Source: an uncultured Methanoregulaceae archaeon
GTDB lineage: Archaea > Halobacteriota > Methanomicrobia > Methanomicrobiales > Methanospirillaceae
Reading direction: 5' to 3'
Assembly: GCA_963841015.1 (NCBI GenBank)
Contig: CAWJAX010000003.1
Coordinates: 384,001-448,000, forward strand
DNA length: 64,000 nt
The notes below the pieces were generated by a model that worked only from the letters and a program-made list of their open reading frames with translations, was not told the DNA's origin and searched no databases. Made by a program: the position numbers and the translations under genes. Positions 10,725 through 22,036 of this stretch are shown here, one piece after another (the stretch's first letter is position 1; every line of letters starts with the position of its first letter).

Positions 10725-11456
10725 ATGGCAAACCTTTCCGATCTGATGGGGGGAGAAGACCGGCGGATTATTTCGACCGGCAACAGCGAACTCGATAAAA
10801 AAATAGCCGATGGTCTGCCACTTGAATCCCTCACCCTTATCGAAGGTGAAAACGATACCGGGAAAAGTGTCCTTACCCAGCAGATCATCTGGGGTGCGAT
10901 GAAGCAGGGTATGTCTGTTGATCTCTTTACAACAGAAAACACCAGCAAGAGTTTTATCAAGCAGATGGAGTCTATGAGTCTCGATATCTCGGACTATTTT
11001 GCCTGGGGCTACCTCAAAATCTTCCCCCTCCACGTGGTCGGTTTTGAATGGAAAAAAGAAGAGATGGCAGGTATTCTTGCACGCCTGATCAGCCATATCG
11101 AGAAAAGCAAATCCCAGGTAATAATTGTTGATTCACTGACGCTTTTTACCGAGTATGCGGCTACGGATCATATCCTCACGTTCTTTACTAACTGCAAATC
11201 GCTTGTCGATCATGGCAAGACAATCCTGATAACGCTGCATACCTATGCGTTTGAGGAAGACACCCTCGTACGGATACGGTCAATCTGTGATGCCCACCTG
11301 AACATGAAAAAAGCCCTCGTCGGGAGCAAGTATGTCATGGTGATGGAGGTTATCAAGGTCCGTGGGGCACATAAAACGACCGGAAACGTTGTCAGTTTCG
11401 AGGTACATCCCGGTTATGGTATGAAAGTCATCCCGATGAGTTTTGCGAAGGTCTGA
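10725..11456 (+). CDS. flaH: archaellum KaiC-like ATPase ArlH
   Basis: GENDTGKS Walker A, IIVDSLT, FEVHPGYG. Confidence 0.93.
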   Translation: MANLSDLMGGEDRRIISTGNSELDKKIADGLPLESLTLIEGENDTGKSVLTQQIIWGAMKQGMSVDLFTTENTSKSFIKQMESMSLDISDYFAWGYLKIFPLHVVGFEWKKEEMAGILARLISHIEKSKSQVIIVDSLTLFTEYAATDHILTFFTNCKSLVDHGKTILITLHTYAFEEDTLVRIRSICDAHLNMKKALVGSKYVMVMEVIKVRGAHKTTGNVVSFEVHPGYGMKVIPMSFAKV

Positions 11457-11457
11457 T

Positions 11458-13335
11458 ATGGGTACTCTGTCTGTTGCTGTCAATCTCCCGTTCAAACAGG
11501 AGATCGTTGATTCGAATGTGGATTTTTATAATGATATTGAATCAAGTCCACTCTATAAGATGCTGCCGGCAAACGCCAAAGAGTATGTGAAAGCCAGTCC
11601 TCATCTCCTTGAATACCTTCATACGTTCCCGGTAAACACGTATGGAATTCCCCTCTTCCTCTCGGAATTGAAAAAAGAACTCCGCTCCATGGAAAGCCCC
11701 AATATCATTTATCCGGTCAATGATACTACCTTTGTCCACATTCTCCCGGACCCGGATGATGTGAGGAACTTTTACATTCCCATCGAACCTTCATTCCTCC
11801 ACAACGTGAACCAGCTTCTCCCGGAAATTGAGACGAAACTCATTAATCTTATCGATGGTCTCGAAGATGATCCAATCAGCGACAAGGAACGGGCTGAAGT
11901 GATAAAAAAGATGCTGGCTTCTGTGTCTGTCATCCTGCCAAAAGGTATGACTCACGCACAGCTTCAGGGAAGTGCGGCCAGCCAGCAGGATATCAAATCA
12001 AAGATCACGACATTTCTGAACACCGATTTCACTGCCCAGAAAAAAATGAAAGATACCAAAGTGAAGCACCAGGTCCCCCTCACGCCTGAAGGCAAGGTGA
12101 TCCTGACCGATGAGGAATACCGGGCTATCGAGTACCTGCTGATACGGGATAAGATAGATATGGGGGTGCTGAAACCGTTCCTTTCCGATCCCTACATCGA
12201 AGATATTTCCTGTGACGGTGTTGGTCCGATCTTCATCGAACATAAGATTTTCAAAGGTCTCAAATCGGTTATTGAGTTCAAAGTCTCCCATGAACTGGAT
12301 GAATTTGTTGTTAAAGTGGCAGAAAGGATCAAACGTCCTATTACATACAGGAGTCCAATTGTTGATGCCACCCTGCCTGATGGCTCCCGTATCAATATCG
12401 TGTATGGAACTGCTATCAGCAGGCACGGGAGTAATTTCAGCATTCGTAAAGTAAACGAAGTGCCATTGAGCATCCTCAATATTATCGACAGCAATGGTCT
12501 TGACTACCTGGCAGCAGCATACATCTGGATCTGCGTCGAGTACGGGATGTCGCTTTTCGTTTCCGGAGAGACCGCAAGCGGAAAGACTACGCTCCTGAAT
12601 GCAATCACGGGATTTATTCCTCCCGAAAATAAAATTGTTACCATTGAGGATACACCGGAGCTGAACGTGCCCCACCGGAACTGGATTCGGGAAGTGGCAC
12701 TTGCCAAGGGAAAAGGAGAGGGGACGGGGGGTTCTGCTGCCGGCGGGGAAGTGACCATGTTTGACCTGCTCAAGGCCGCCCTGCGTCAGCGCCCGAACCA
12801 GATTCTTGTCGGTGAAATCCGGGGTGTTGAAGGAGCCGTTGCATTTGGTGCCATGCAGACCGGTCACCCGGTGATGAGTACATTCCATGCAGCTTCTGTT
12901 GAAAAACTCATCCAGCGTCTCTGTGGAGATCCGATCAATATTCCCAAGACGTATGTAGATAACCTCAACCTGGTGATAATCCAGAGTGCCGTCAAGCGAC
13001 CTGATGGTCAGCTGGTCAGGCGGATGATCAGCTGCAACGAACTGGTTGGTTTCAATGCCGAGACACAGGGATTCACCTTTGTCGAGATGTTCACCTGGGA
13101 GCCGATTACTGATACGTTCATATGGTCCGGAAAGGGCAGCTCCTATCTGCTTGAAAATAAAATCGCCACCATGCTCGGCATGCCCGATAGTAAAAAATCC
13201 GAGATATATCTTGAAGTGGAAAAGCGGGCAAAAATTCTCGAGCGGCTTCACAAAGCAGGCTACACCAAGTTCTGGGACTTATTTACCATGATGACGAAGA
13301 TCAAGAAACAGGGGCTCTTGAAGATTGGTTCCTGA
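11458..13335 (+). CDS. flaI: archaellum motor ATPase ArlI
   Basis: GETASGKTT, IEDTPE, LRQRP, VGEIRG, TGH, TFHA motifs. Confidence 0.95.
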   Translation: MGTLSVAVNLPFKQEIVDSNVDFYNDIESSPLYKMLPANAKEYVKASPHLLEYLHTFPVNTYGIPLFLSELKKELRSMESPNIIYPVNDTTFVHILPDPDDVRNFYIPIEPSFLHNVNQLLPEIETKLINLIDGLEDDPISDKERAEVIKKMLASVSVILPKGMTHAQLQGSAASQQDIKSKITTFLNTDFTAQKKMKDTKVKHQVPLTPEGKVILTDEEYRAIEYLLIRDKIDMGVLKPFLSDPYIEDISCDGVGPIFIEHKIFKGLKSVIEFKVSHELDEFVVKVAERIKRPITYRSPIVDATLPDGSRINIVYGTAISRHGSNFSIRKVNEVPLSILNIIDSNGLDYLAAAYIWICVEYGMSLFVSGETASGKTTLLNAITGFIPPENKIVTIEDTPELNVPHRNWIREVALAKGKGEGTGGSAAGGEVTMFDLLKAALRQRPNQILVGEIRGVEGAVAFGAMQTGHPVMSTFHAASVEKLIQRLCGDPINIPKTYVDNLNLVIIQSAVKRPDGQLVRRMISCNELVGFNAETQGFTFVEMFTWEPITDTFIWSGKGSSYLLENKIATMLGMPDSKKSEIYLEVEKRAKILERLHKAGYTKFWDLFTMMTKIKKQGLLKIGS

Positions 13336-13336
13336 T

Positions 13337-14981
13337 ATGGTTGATACCCCGCCGGACAATGACAAAAAACCAGAAGGCCGTGCAATCCCGTTTGCCTCGC
13401 ACATAAAGCGATTGAAAGAAAAAATCGCTGAGGTCACTGAAGATCGGAAAATGGGGGCCGACCTCCTTTTTTTAAACACGTATATGGCATCTCTGGCCAT
13501 TGCAAATGCGTCAAGGCCTGAGATCTTTGCCTATGCGTCAAACCGGAAGGAGTACATCTCGGCGAAGTATATCACCAAAGTGGACATGTATGTAAAAAAA
13601 TGGAATTACAGTTATTCCGAAGCGCTTGGGATAGTGGCGGACAGAACGCACAATATCATCTTAAAAAGCATGCTGAACCGGTATGCAAATGCAATCGACT
13701 CCGGTGTCCCTGACGATGATTTCTTAAAAAATGAACTGTCTACGGTCAGAAGCGTGTACCGCAGCCAGGTCGAGCAGGGGCTCGAGATGCTCAAAAAATG
13801 GGGAGATGCATATATTGCCATGCTCCTTTCCGGGACGGTGATCTGTGTCACCATCATGATCTCCATTGCCATCTATTCCCCCCAGGGTCTTGATGCCACG
13901 CTGAACATGGCCTACGCAATTGTTCTCACGATCTGTGTCTTTGGCAATCTTCTCATGTACACATCCGTGCCGGATGACCCGAAATCACATGGTCTCAAGG
14001 ACAGGACCTCAAAGGAACAGCAGACAATACACGCCATGGAAAGGGTTATTGTACCTTTGGTCCTGGGAGCGTTTATTGTCATGACGCTGCTCGGGATTAA
14101 TGCCGGCCTGATATTTATGATGGTGGGGATCCTCATGGCGCCCCTTGGCATCATCGGGTTTATTGATGACAGTAATATCACCCTCCGTGACAACGATTTT
14201 TCCACATTTATACGGAGTCTGGGATCGATAATGGGGGGTCAGGGCACCACTGCCGTCCATGCACTTGCAACTATCGATAAAAAATCGCTCACCGCTCTCG
14301 AACCTCTGGTGAATTCCGTCTATTCCCAGATGAACCTTGGTCTTGATAATAAACAGATCTGGGATAAATTCATCGGTGAATCGGGGAGTAATCTCATTTA
14401 CAAATATCTCAACATCTACCTTGATACGGTTATTATGGGGGGTCCGCCAGAACCTATCGGGTACTGTAGTGGGATCTTCGGTACTCGAACAGACACTCCT
14501 GCGGGAAAAAAAGGATATGCACGCCCGCAGTTTTATCGTGCTTCTCGCTCCCATGCACATGGCAATGGTAGGGATCTTTGTGGTCCTTTTCCGCATAATG
14601 TTAACTTTGACCGGCTCGGTTTCATCGATGATGGGAAAATTTGCGGCAGCGAATGCTGCCTCGTCTGGTGCGAGCGCCGGGGGGGTATCCGCGGGCAGTG
14701 CCCTTGGCGGGATGTCGATGTTTACTAACTTCCCGGAAAGAGAGATGGGCAACTTTGTAGTAATCTCTCTTACGATCATTACCATTTCCAATATTGTCGC
14801 GGCACGGATTGTCGGGGGAGGGGATCGGTATATGTTTTATTTCTATACCGCCCTATTCTGTGTACTTACCGGACTCATACTCCTGATTGCACCCATTGGA
14901 GTGAACATATTCTTCAGCCCCGAGGGGCTCTCGAATATGGGAAAAACAGGTGCCGGAGCAGTAGGGATGTATCTTATATGA
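13337..14981 (+). CDS. flaJ: archaellum platform protein ArlJ; one-base frameshift near 14460
   Basis: Polytopic membrane protein after arlI; removing one G from ATCGGGTACT restores EPIGTVVG and joins ORFs 13325 and 14337. Confidence 0.85.
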
Positions 14982-16250
14982 AGGAAAGTCTGCGCAGGGT
15001 AATCCTCTTTGCGGTGATTGTTATCACCGGATCAGTCATGATCCTGTTTGATGTACCGCTTATCCTTATGATCCCCCTGATTCTTGCTGTAGGGTTTGTT
15101 ATTCTTCTTCTTCTTGGTGCGATAACAATTGCTGACTTTAAATCCGTTTTCACGAGGAAAAAATTAAAAAATCCCAAAAAAATTTCCCTGATACAGCGAT
15201 TGAACGGGATGAAATTTTTTGAAAAAAAAACAGTACCAGCCGGATAAGAAACCATCATCTCCTGCCAAATCAGTGGAAACGCCAAAAAGTGCGCCACAAA
15301 ATGCCGGAAATAAAACCGGAGCCGTGTCCCATCTGCGTTTATTTTTTGGCTCACTCGGTTCACTGCGAACAGTTCTCAAAGAGCGCAGCAGACAGGCAAA
15401 AAAAGTGGAACACATTGACGAGCTGCTCGATAAAACGGTCAGTGAAAAGGTGAAAAGCTCTGCACTCGCCAGTGCCGGTAAGGAAGTCGGTGCAAAAACC
15501 CCCCCCTCCAGCATGAGCGCCGGGCCGGGCCTGAAGGATCAGGAAAAAGAGCAGGATCCTTTCCTGTCTCTCTCCGGGGATGAATTTGACGCAAGTCTTC
15601 TCGACGGGCTGGACGAGCAGGAAATCCCCCTGAAACCGTCTATGGGTCAGATCCCCAATCCGGGCACCCCGTTACCCGGGTCTGCCATGGTAGTCAGCCA
15701 GCCTGAGATCCCGATGCCCTCGCTGGATATCAGTTCAGAAGCAGACGAAATTCTCAAAGATAACAAGGAGGGTCTTGAAGACTTCAATGGTCTTGAGAGC
15801 GGGGAATCCATGGACCAGGACTTTTCCGGTCTGGATTCTATAAATCTTGATGACATTGATCTTGACGCCGAGTTGGAAGAAGAGCCCCCGTCAGCCACAG
15901 GGAGTTCTCCATCGCCAGCGGAAACACCCGCCCAAACGGTGAATGCAGGTTGGATCGCTTCTGACGCCCCAAAAGGTGCGGATCTACCGGGAGACGAGAT
16001 CTCTACCCAGGATGACATGTCCTCATTTGCAAAAGGTGCATCAGCAAGCGATGCAGACCTGTTAAGTTCACTCGCATCGGATGTCAAGCGGGTAACAAAA
16101 GAAAAAAATACCAGCCTGCTGAGAGATTTAAAAGATTTCAAAGCCCCGGCAACAGACATTGAGAATGAATTGAACATGATACATGAAACAATGAAGGCAG
16201 TCCCGCATCCCCGGAAAAAAGCGATCCCGTCACCGAAGAAAACGAAATAG
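14978..16250 (+). CDS. hypothetical membrane-anchored acidic low-complexity protein; one-base frameshift near 15222-15240
   Basis: Two N-terminal TMs (ORF 14978) join the acidic ORF 15219..16250 around an A9 run; overlaps the arlJ stop. Confidence 0.7.
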
Positions 16251-16318
16251 ACCAGGTAAATAGGTTAATGTTACAGGAAAGAACACATGAAAAGAGTAAG
16301 GATTGCCCGTGAGGATAT

Positions 16319-17128
16319 ATGAAAGAAGTTCCGGTAAAAATCCAGCACAACAACGAGTGGATTGTCGTTAAACTGGGCATCGGAGATGACCTGATCGCAA
16401 TTCCTGCCCCCATCAATAAAGAAATTCTCTTCAAGACGGTAACCGATATTGCCGAAAAGAAAAATGTCCTCATTATTACCGTAAAAACCGATACAGAAAC
16501 CGTCTACAAAATCCTGTCCGTTGAAAAAGTCCTGCAGGTTTTAAAGAAACTTATCCTTGCGTCGTGCAATGCCTACCGCCTGATGGCCTACTTTATGTCA
16601 CCTGCTATCCGTGGCGGTGTGATGATCAAGGATGCCCAGTGGGATAAAGGGAGTGTTGTTGTGGTCAGTTCCGGGATCTGGTTTGTCTCTGCGATAAAAC
16701 AAATCTGTGTCCCGTTCAATGACGTGGCAGCCATCGAACTTACCAAACGGGATGTCCAGGGCAAACCCACGGATGTCATAAAAATCGATCACCTGGATTC
16801 CGGGGAAGTTTCCTCCAGTCTTGTACTCTGCCCGCTTTCCACCCTTCAGGTACTCTACAATTACCTCAGGGATACGACAAAGAGCATGGATATGAAAGGT
16901 ACTGAGCTGGACGGCATCGATCAGCAGGTTGCCATGCTCGTCTATTCAGGCATGGACTCGCATGCAATCGAAAATATGCTCAATATCCCCCAAAAACAAC
17001 TCGATAGGATCTATGATAAAATCCTGAAACTCGGTCTCGGGGAAGTAGTCACAACGCGGAGAGAGATCCAGCTTACTACAAAAGGAGTTCGCTATATATC
17101 CGATGCTACAAAATCCCAGACAAACTAG
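16319..17128 (+). CDS. cheF: archaeal chemotaxis adaptor CheF
   Basis: SPAIRGGV...WDKG CheF/DUF439-like motif, VAMLVYSG, C-terminal wHTH (LTTKG); precedes cheY. Confidence 0.85.
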   Translation: MKEVPVKIQHNNEWIVVKLGIGDDLIAIPAPINKEILFKTVTDIAEKKNVLIITVKTDTETVYKILSVEKVLQVLKKLILASCNAYRLMAYFMSPAIRGGVMIKDAQWDKGSVVVVSSGIWFVSAIKQICVPFNDVAAIELTKRDVQGKPTDVIKIDHLDSGEVSSSLVLCPLSTLQVLYNYLRDTTKSMDMKGTELDGIDQQVAMLVYSGMDSHAIENMLNIPQKQLDRIYDKILKLGLGEVVTTRREIQLTTKGVRYISDATKSQTN

Positions 17129-17196
17129 CATTTCTCCAAATAATGAATTCAATACTTCTTTATGGAATAATCTACCAATTATTTTATTGATCGTCA

Positions 17197-17559
17197 ATGG
17201 GAAAAATTCTGATTGTGGATGATACGCTCTTCATGAGGACCCTGTTAAAAAATATTCTGTTCTCCGGTGGACATACAATCGTCGGCGAGGCAGGGGACGG
17301 CGAGGATGGCGTTACAAAATACAAGGAGCTGAAACCCGATCTCGTGACCATGGACATCGTGATGCCTAAACTCAACGGGATTGAAGCGTTAAAAGCAATA
17401 AAAGAGTTTGATCCGGCAGCAAAGATTGTCATGTGCACCGCAGTCGGTCAGGAACAGATGGTTAAACTCGCCATCAAGACCGGTGCGAAAGGGTATATTA
17501 TCAAACCGTTCCAGGCTCCGAAAGTTTTGGAAGAAGTCAAAAACGTCCTGGCTTCCTGA
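17197..17559 (+). CDS. cheY: chemotaxis response regulator CheY
   Basis: IVDD, DIVMP, KPF receiver motifs. Confidence 0.95.
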   Translation: MGKILIVDDTLFMRTLLKNILFSGGHTIVGEAGDGEDGVTKYKELKPDLVTMDIVMPKLNGIEALKAIKEFDPAAKIVMCTAVGQEQMVKLAIKTGAKGYIIKPFQAPKVLEEVKNVLAS

Positions 17560-17564
17560 CCACC

Positions 17565-18608
17565 ATGGTGAAAGTTCTCATTGTTGATGATTCCGTGTTC
17601 ATGCGAACGGTCATCAGGGACATGCTGGCCAAAGATGCCTCCATTGAAATAGTGGGAACTGCGTCCAACGGTATTGATGCACTTGAAAAGATCCAGACGC
17701 TCAATCCCGATCTCATCACCCTTGACATCGAGATGCCAAAAATGAACGGTCTCGAGGTTTTAAAAGAACTCCGGAAAATTAAAAAGCACCCGAAAATCCT
17801 GATGCTGAGCTCCCTGACCTCCAAAGACGCTGAGATGACCCATGATGCGATTCGTCTCGGCGCAGATGATTTCATGCTGAAACCAAAAGATCTCCCTCAC
17901 ATGCGGGAAATCAGCGAAGAATTAATTTCGAAAGTCAGGCATCTTGCCACACTCTCTTTACCAGGTATATCTCACAAACCCCCCACGTCACCTGCCTTAC
18001 CTGCTGACCGGGTCGTGCTCATCGGCTCATCTGCCGGGGGACCACAGCAGGTCGATACGCTGCTTTCCATGTTGTCTCCCGATCTTCCTGCGAGTGTTAT
18101 TATCACCCAGCATATGCCGGTTGGTTTCACCGCCCCTCTTGCCGAGCGTTTCAACAGGATTGCCCCCATGCCCGTCAAAGAGACCCAGAACGGGGATATG
18201 CTTGAAACCGGAAAAATTCTGCTGTCGAAAGCAGGTGTCCACACGGTCGTTTCAGGAGTGATGGGAGAAGATGGCAAAATGACCGGGCGTATTGTTCATA
18301 CCACCTCACCTCCCGTCCACGGGGTCCGGCCAGCAGTGGATAAGACCTTTGAATCCGCTGCTCATGTCTATGGAAAAAACGCACTCTCGGTCATTTTAAG
18401 CGGCATGGGAAATGACGCGGGTGAGGGAGCACATGCAATAAAAGAAGCCGGCGGCGTGAGCCTTATCTGTGATGAAAAGGATTGTCTTGTATACGGGATG
18501 GCACGATCGGCGATCAGGAATAACGCGGTCGATCAGATCCTCCCCTTAAGAAAACTCTCAAAAGAGATAGAGCGGGTAGTTCATATGATGGAGGAAACCT
18601 GTGTCTGA
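17565..18608 (+). CDS. cheB: chemotaxis methylesterase CheB
   Basis: Receiver domain plus GSSAGG, QHMP, RPAVD, SGMGND. Confidence 0.95.
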   Translation: MVKVLIVDDSVFMRTVIRDMLAKDASIEIVGTASNGIDALEKIQTLNPDLITLDIEMPKMNGLEVLKELRKIKKHPKILMLSSLTSKDAEMTHDAIRLGADDFMLKPKDLPHMREISEELISKVRHLATLSLPGISHKPPTSPALPADRVVLIGSSAGGPQQVDTLLSMLSPDLPASVIITQHMPVGFTAPLAERFNRIAPMPVKETQNGDMLETGKILLSKAGVHTVVSGVMGEDGKMTGRIVHTTSPPVHGVRPAVDKTFESAAHVYGKNALSVILSGMGNDAGEGAHAIKEAGGVSLICDEKDCLVYGMARSAIRNNAVDQILPLRKLSKEIERVVHMMEETCV

Positions 18609-20814
18609 ATTTGAGGCATATCGCGGGCTGTTTGTGGCCGAATCCCGTGAAAACCATGAGAATCTGGTCAAGAACCTTCTCCTCCTTGAACTGGGCTCAT
18701 ACCAGGAAGCCATAGATGAAATCTTCCGCTCAATCCATACCCTCAAAGGAGCATCGGCGTCCATGGGTTTCTCCGCTATGGAGCACCTCTGTCATACCAT
18801 GGAGGATGTCTTCTCTCTCATCCGCAGCGGGGCCGCAGATATTTCCCCTGACCTGGTCAACCTGCTCCTTGCATGTTCCGATATCATTGAGCAGATGCTT
18901 GATGACGTAGAGTCGGGAGGAGATTCTTCGTCAAAAAATCCGGATGCCGAGGTCAATGCCCTGAAGCAATGGATTGAAAAGCATGGTGTCAAGCCAAAAG
19001 AGAAGATTGAGACCGCAGAAATCCCGACACCGGCAGAACAGAATCCCGAACCTCCCCAGATACCTGAAGGGGAGCAGTGTCAGGAATACGAGATGCTGAT
19101 CATCGTTGCAGGTGATTGCACGATGAAGGACGTGCGTGCTATGCTCGCGATCGGTAACTTGCATGCCCTTGGTACCATCCTTTCGGTTAATCCTTCCCTT
19201 GAAGCGATTGACGAGGGGAAATTTGATGGTACACTCCAACTCATTATCGCAAGCGATGCCGGGGAAGAGGCACTAATAACTGCAGCTTCGGGAACTGATA
19301 TTGCTGAAATTGAGATACGAGCTGCAGAGAAAAAGGAGATCGCAACTCCAGTTGTCGTCCCAGAAAGCAAAAAAACAGCCGATACGGGTATAAAACAACA
19401 CTCTGCCCATGAAAAAAGATGGGAAATTCAGTCTCCCGACGAAGTCCCCGGGAGCTTAAAAACAACCGGAATTGATACACAACATACGTCCACTCCTGAT
19501 AAAAGCCGGGAGATCCAGACTCCTGAAGATGTAACCGGGAGCACAAAAACAACCAGGGCTGATATAAAACCACCATTCTCACCTGAAAAAAGCCCGGAGA
19601 TTCCGATTCCTGAAGAATTACCCGAGAGCTTAAAAACAACCGGAGTTGATACAAAACAATCCTCCTCATCGGATAAAAGCCGGGAGATCAAAAATCTCAG
19701 GGTCAATATCCAGCAGCTTGACCATATCATGAACCTGGTCGAAGATCTTGTTATCAACCGGGGCAGGTTGAAACAGATTGCCGAACAGCACAAAATAAAG
19801 GAAATGGACGAAGCGATTGCCATGGTGGACCGGTCCGTTTCCGAGCTTCAGAACCTGATGATGATCATCCGGATGATTCCCCTGAACCATATCTTCAACC
19901 GCCTGCCACGGGTTGTCCGCGATGTCGCCCTGTACGATGGTAAAGACGTCAATTTCGTTATTGAAGGGGGAGAGACTGAACTTGACCGTAGTGTTATGGA
20001 CGGGCTCAATGATCCGCTTCTTCACCTGATAAGGAATTCAGTAAATCATGGGATTGAATCCCCCGATGCCCGGGAAAGGGGTGGAAAGCCACGGAAAGGG
20101 AATGTCAGGCTCTCTGCGCACCGTGACCGGGACAATGTAATCATAGAACTTATCGATGACGGCGCAGGAATCAATATCGACAAGGTCAAGGCAAAAGCCA
20201 TCGAAAAGGGACTGATTACCCAGGAAGTTGCCGATACATTCACCACAGAAGAGGCCATTGACCTGTTATTCCAGCCTGGTTTTTCTACTGCCGAAAAAAT
20301 AACTGACATCAGCGGCAGAGGAGTCGGGCTTGATGTCGTTAAAAGGTCTATAGAGGCGCTGAAAGGTACAATAAGGGTGGAAACAACACCGGGGAAAGGA
20401 AGCCGGTTTGAATTATTACTCCCGCCAACCATGGCGATTGTCGATGTAATGATCGTCAGGATCAATGGAAAACGACTTGGTATCCCAATCAGCAGTATTG
20501 TTGAGGTAGCACATTTCAAAAGGGATACAACCCACCACATAGGAAAAGGCGAAGCAATCCTGCTGCGTGACGAGGTACTTCAGATTCTCTGGCTGAATGA
20601 GATGGTCGGGATTTCCAACTCCTGTGAAATACTCATTGTTGTGCAATACCAGAAGCGGAAGTGCTGTATTCCGGTGGACGTCGTTGAAGGTAAGCAGGAA
20701 GTAGTTGTGAAGCCATTGAGCAGTTTTATCGGCAATACCCGTGGCGTAAGCGGTGTTACCATCCTGGGTGATGGGGGCGTCGTGCCGGTACTTGATGTTA
20801 ACACCATTGTCTAG
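18601..20814 (+). CDS. cheA: chemotaxis histidine kinase CheA
   Basis: HTLKG Hpt, P2, HLIRNSVNHGIE, DDGAG, GFST...SGRGVGLDVV, C-terminal CheW domain. Confidence 0.96.
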   Translation: MSEFEAYRGLFVAESRENHENLVKNLLLLELGSYQEAIDEIFRSIHTLKGASASMGFSAMEHLCHTMEDVFSLIRSGAADISPDLVNLLLACSDIIEQMLDDVESGGDSSSKNPDAEVNALKQWIEKHGVKPKEKIETAEIPTPAEQNPEPPQIPEGEQCQEYEMLIIVAGDCTMKDVRAMLAIGNLHALGTILSVNPSLEAIDEGKFDGTLQLIIASDAGEEALITAASGTDIAEIEIRAAEKKEIATPVVVPESKKTADTGIKQHSAHEKRWEIQSPDEVPGSLKTTGIDTQHTSTPDKSREIQTPEDVTGSTKTTRADIKPPFSPEKSPEIPIPEELPESLKTTGVDTKQSSSSDKSREIKNLRVNIQQLDHIMNLVEDLVINRGRLKQIAEQHKIKEMDEAIAMVDRSVSELQNLMMIIRMIPLNHIFNRLPRVVRDVALYDGKDVNFVIEGGETELDRSVMDGLNDPLLHLIRNSVNHGIESPDARERGGKPRKGNVRLSAHRDRDNVIIELIDDGAGINIDKVKAKAIEKGLITQEVADTFTTEEAIDLLFQPGFSTAEKITDISGRGVGLDVVKRSIEALKGTIRVETTPGKGSRFELLLPPTMAIVDVMIVRINGKRLGIPISSIVEVAHFKRDTTHHIGKGEAILLRDEVLQILWLNEMVGISNSCEILIVVQYQKRKCCIPVDVVEGKQEVVVKPLSSFIGNTRGVSGVTILGDGGVVPVLDVNTIV
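19327..19690 (+). repeat. 87-bp (29-aa) imperfect tandem repeat, ~4.2 units, in the CheA linker
   Basis: aaaagatgggaaatt, aaaagccgggagatc, aaaagcccggagatt and aaaagccgggagatc at ~19414, 19501, 19588 and 19675 (87-nt spacing). Confidence 0.85.
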
Positions 20815-20823
20815 GAGAAGATC

Positions 20824-21435
20824 ATGAAATTATCGGCAGTTCAGGCAGATGCAATTCAGGAACTCGGAAATATCGGGGCTGCACATGCAGCGACTACGCT
20901 TTCCCAGATGCTGGGAAGTACTATTGAGATGAGTGTCCCCGCCATCAGAGTGGTGGATCTCTCTCAACTTGGACAGTACATGGGTGAGGAATCGGCGGCG
21001 ATCGTGGCATTTGAGCTCCAGGGGGATATTCCCCATGGGGGATATATCCTGTTTTACATCACCCGGGAGTCAGCAGTCCGCATGACGAACACGATGCTCG
21101 GATTAACGGAGATCAACCGCCCCCTCAGTGAAATGGACGAGAGTGCACTGCTCGAAGTAGGTAATATCATGGTCTCTGCCTTTCTTGATGCCACCGCTGA
21201 ACTGCTCGGTTTTGTGATGCTTCCTTCCCCTCCGTCACTCACCATTGACATGGCACATGCCGCCATGCAGTCGCTCATTGCCCAGATGCAGGAAGAGACG
21301 GATGAGGTATTGCTTTTCTCTACTGAACTTGTCTGTGAAGAGTACAAGGTAGACAGTGATATCATCATGATGCCGGAAAGAAGCACTCTTTTGAGAATTA
21401 TTGAACTGCTCGAAAACATGATGAAGCCCATATAA
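20824..21435 (+). CDS. cheC: chemotaxis phosphatase CheC
   Basis: ELGNIG and SALLEVGNI motifs. Confidence 0.93.
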   Translation: MKLSAVQADAIQELGNIGAAHAATTLSQMLGSTIEMSVPAIRVVDLSQLGQYMGEESAAIVAFELQGDIPHGGYILFYITRESAVRMTNTMLGLTEINRPLSEMDESALLEVGNIMVSAFLDATAELLGFVMLPSPPSLTIDMAHAAMQSLIAQMQEETDEVLLFSTELVCEEYKVDSDIIMMPERSTLLRIIELLENMMKPI

Positions 21436-21453
21436 TTACCGTAGTACCTGAAA

Positions 21454-21946
21454 ATGCCCGACCACCAACCCCAGAGCGAACAAACGGCGATGATCGGCAT
21501 TGGAGAATACCGCGTAGGTTCTTTCCCGATGATGACCATCGGACTGGGTTCCTGTATCGGGCTTACCATGTATGATCCAAATCTCAGGATCGGAGCGATG
21601 GTGCATATCATGCTGCCCGAAAGCAGCGGCAGGATGGATCGACCAGGGAAATACGTGGATACGGCAGTTCCACTCCTGGTGAAGGAGCTGGTCAGCTCTT
21701 GGATGCAAGAACAGGTCTATAGTTGCGAAGATAGCGGGGGGTGCCTGCATGTTTGAGTACTTTGGCACCAACCTCAATATCGGTGAAAGGAATGCCGTAA
21801 AAGTCAGGATTCTTTTAAAAGAGCACAATATCCAGCTGGCTGCAGAGGATGTTGGGGGTAAAGTCGGCAGATCGGTCACGTTCCTTCCTGCCAATGATGG
21901 CAGGGTTTCTATCCGCAGGGCAGACGGGACATCAAACAATCTCTGA
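21454..21946 (+). CDS. cheD: chemoreceptor glutamine deamidase CheD; one-base frameshift near 21694
   Basis: GLGSCIG, HIMLP, KYVD; after removing one A the frame reads AKIAGGACMF...IGERN...EDVGG. Confidence 0.9.
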
Positions 21947-22036
21947 TTATTTCCGAAGGTTTTTTTTAAGAGAACGGGAGGGTCAACAGGTTTTTTAAAA
22001 TCCCGATGATAATCTCTCGGTGGAATCATCTTTTTT

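Noticed and set aside
11998-13251. Long antisense ORFs (11998..13251, 30602..31552 and similar)
   Set aside because: Shadows of well-supported sense genes, with no recognisable motifs
15221-15230. A9 run as a phase-variation switch or programmed frameshift
   Set aside because: Equivalent +1 breaks occur outside homopolymers across the window; sequencing error is simpler
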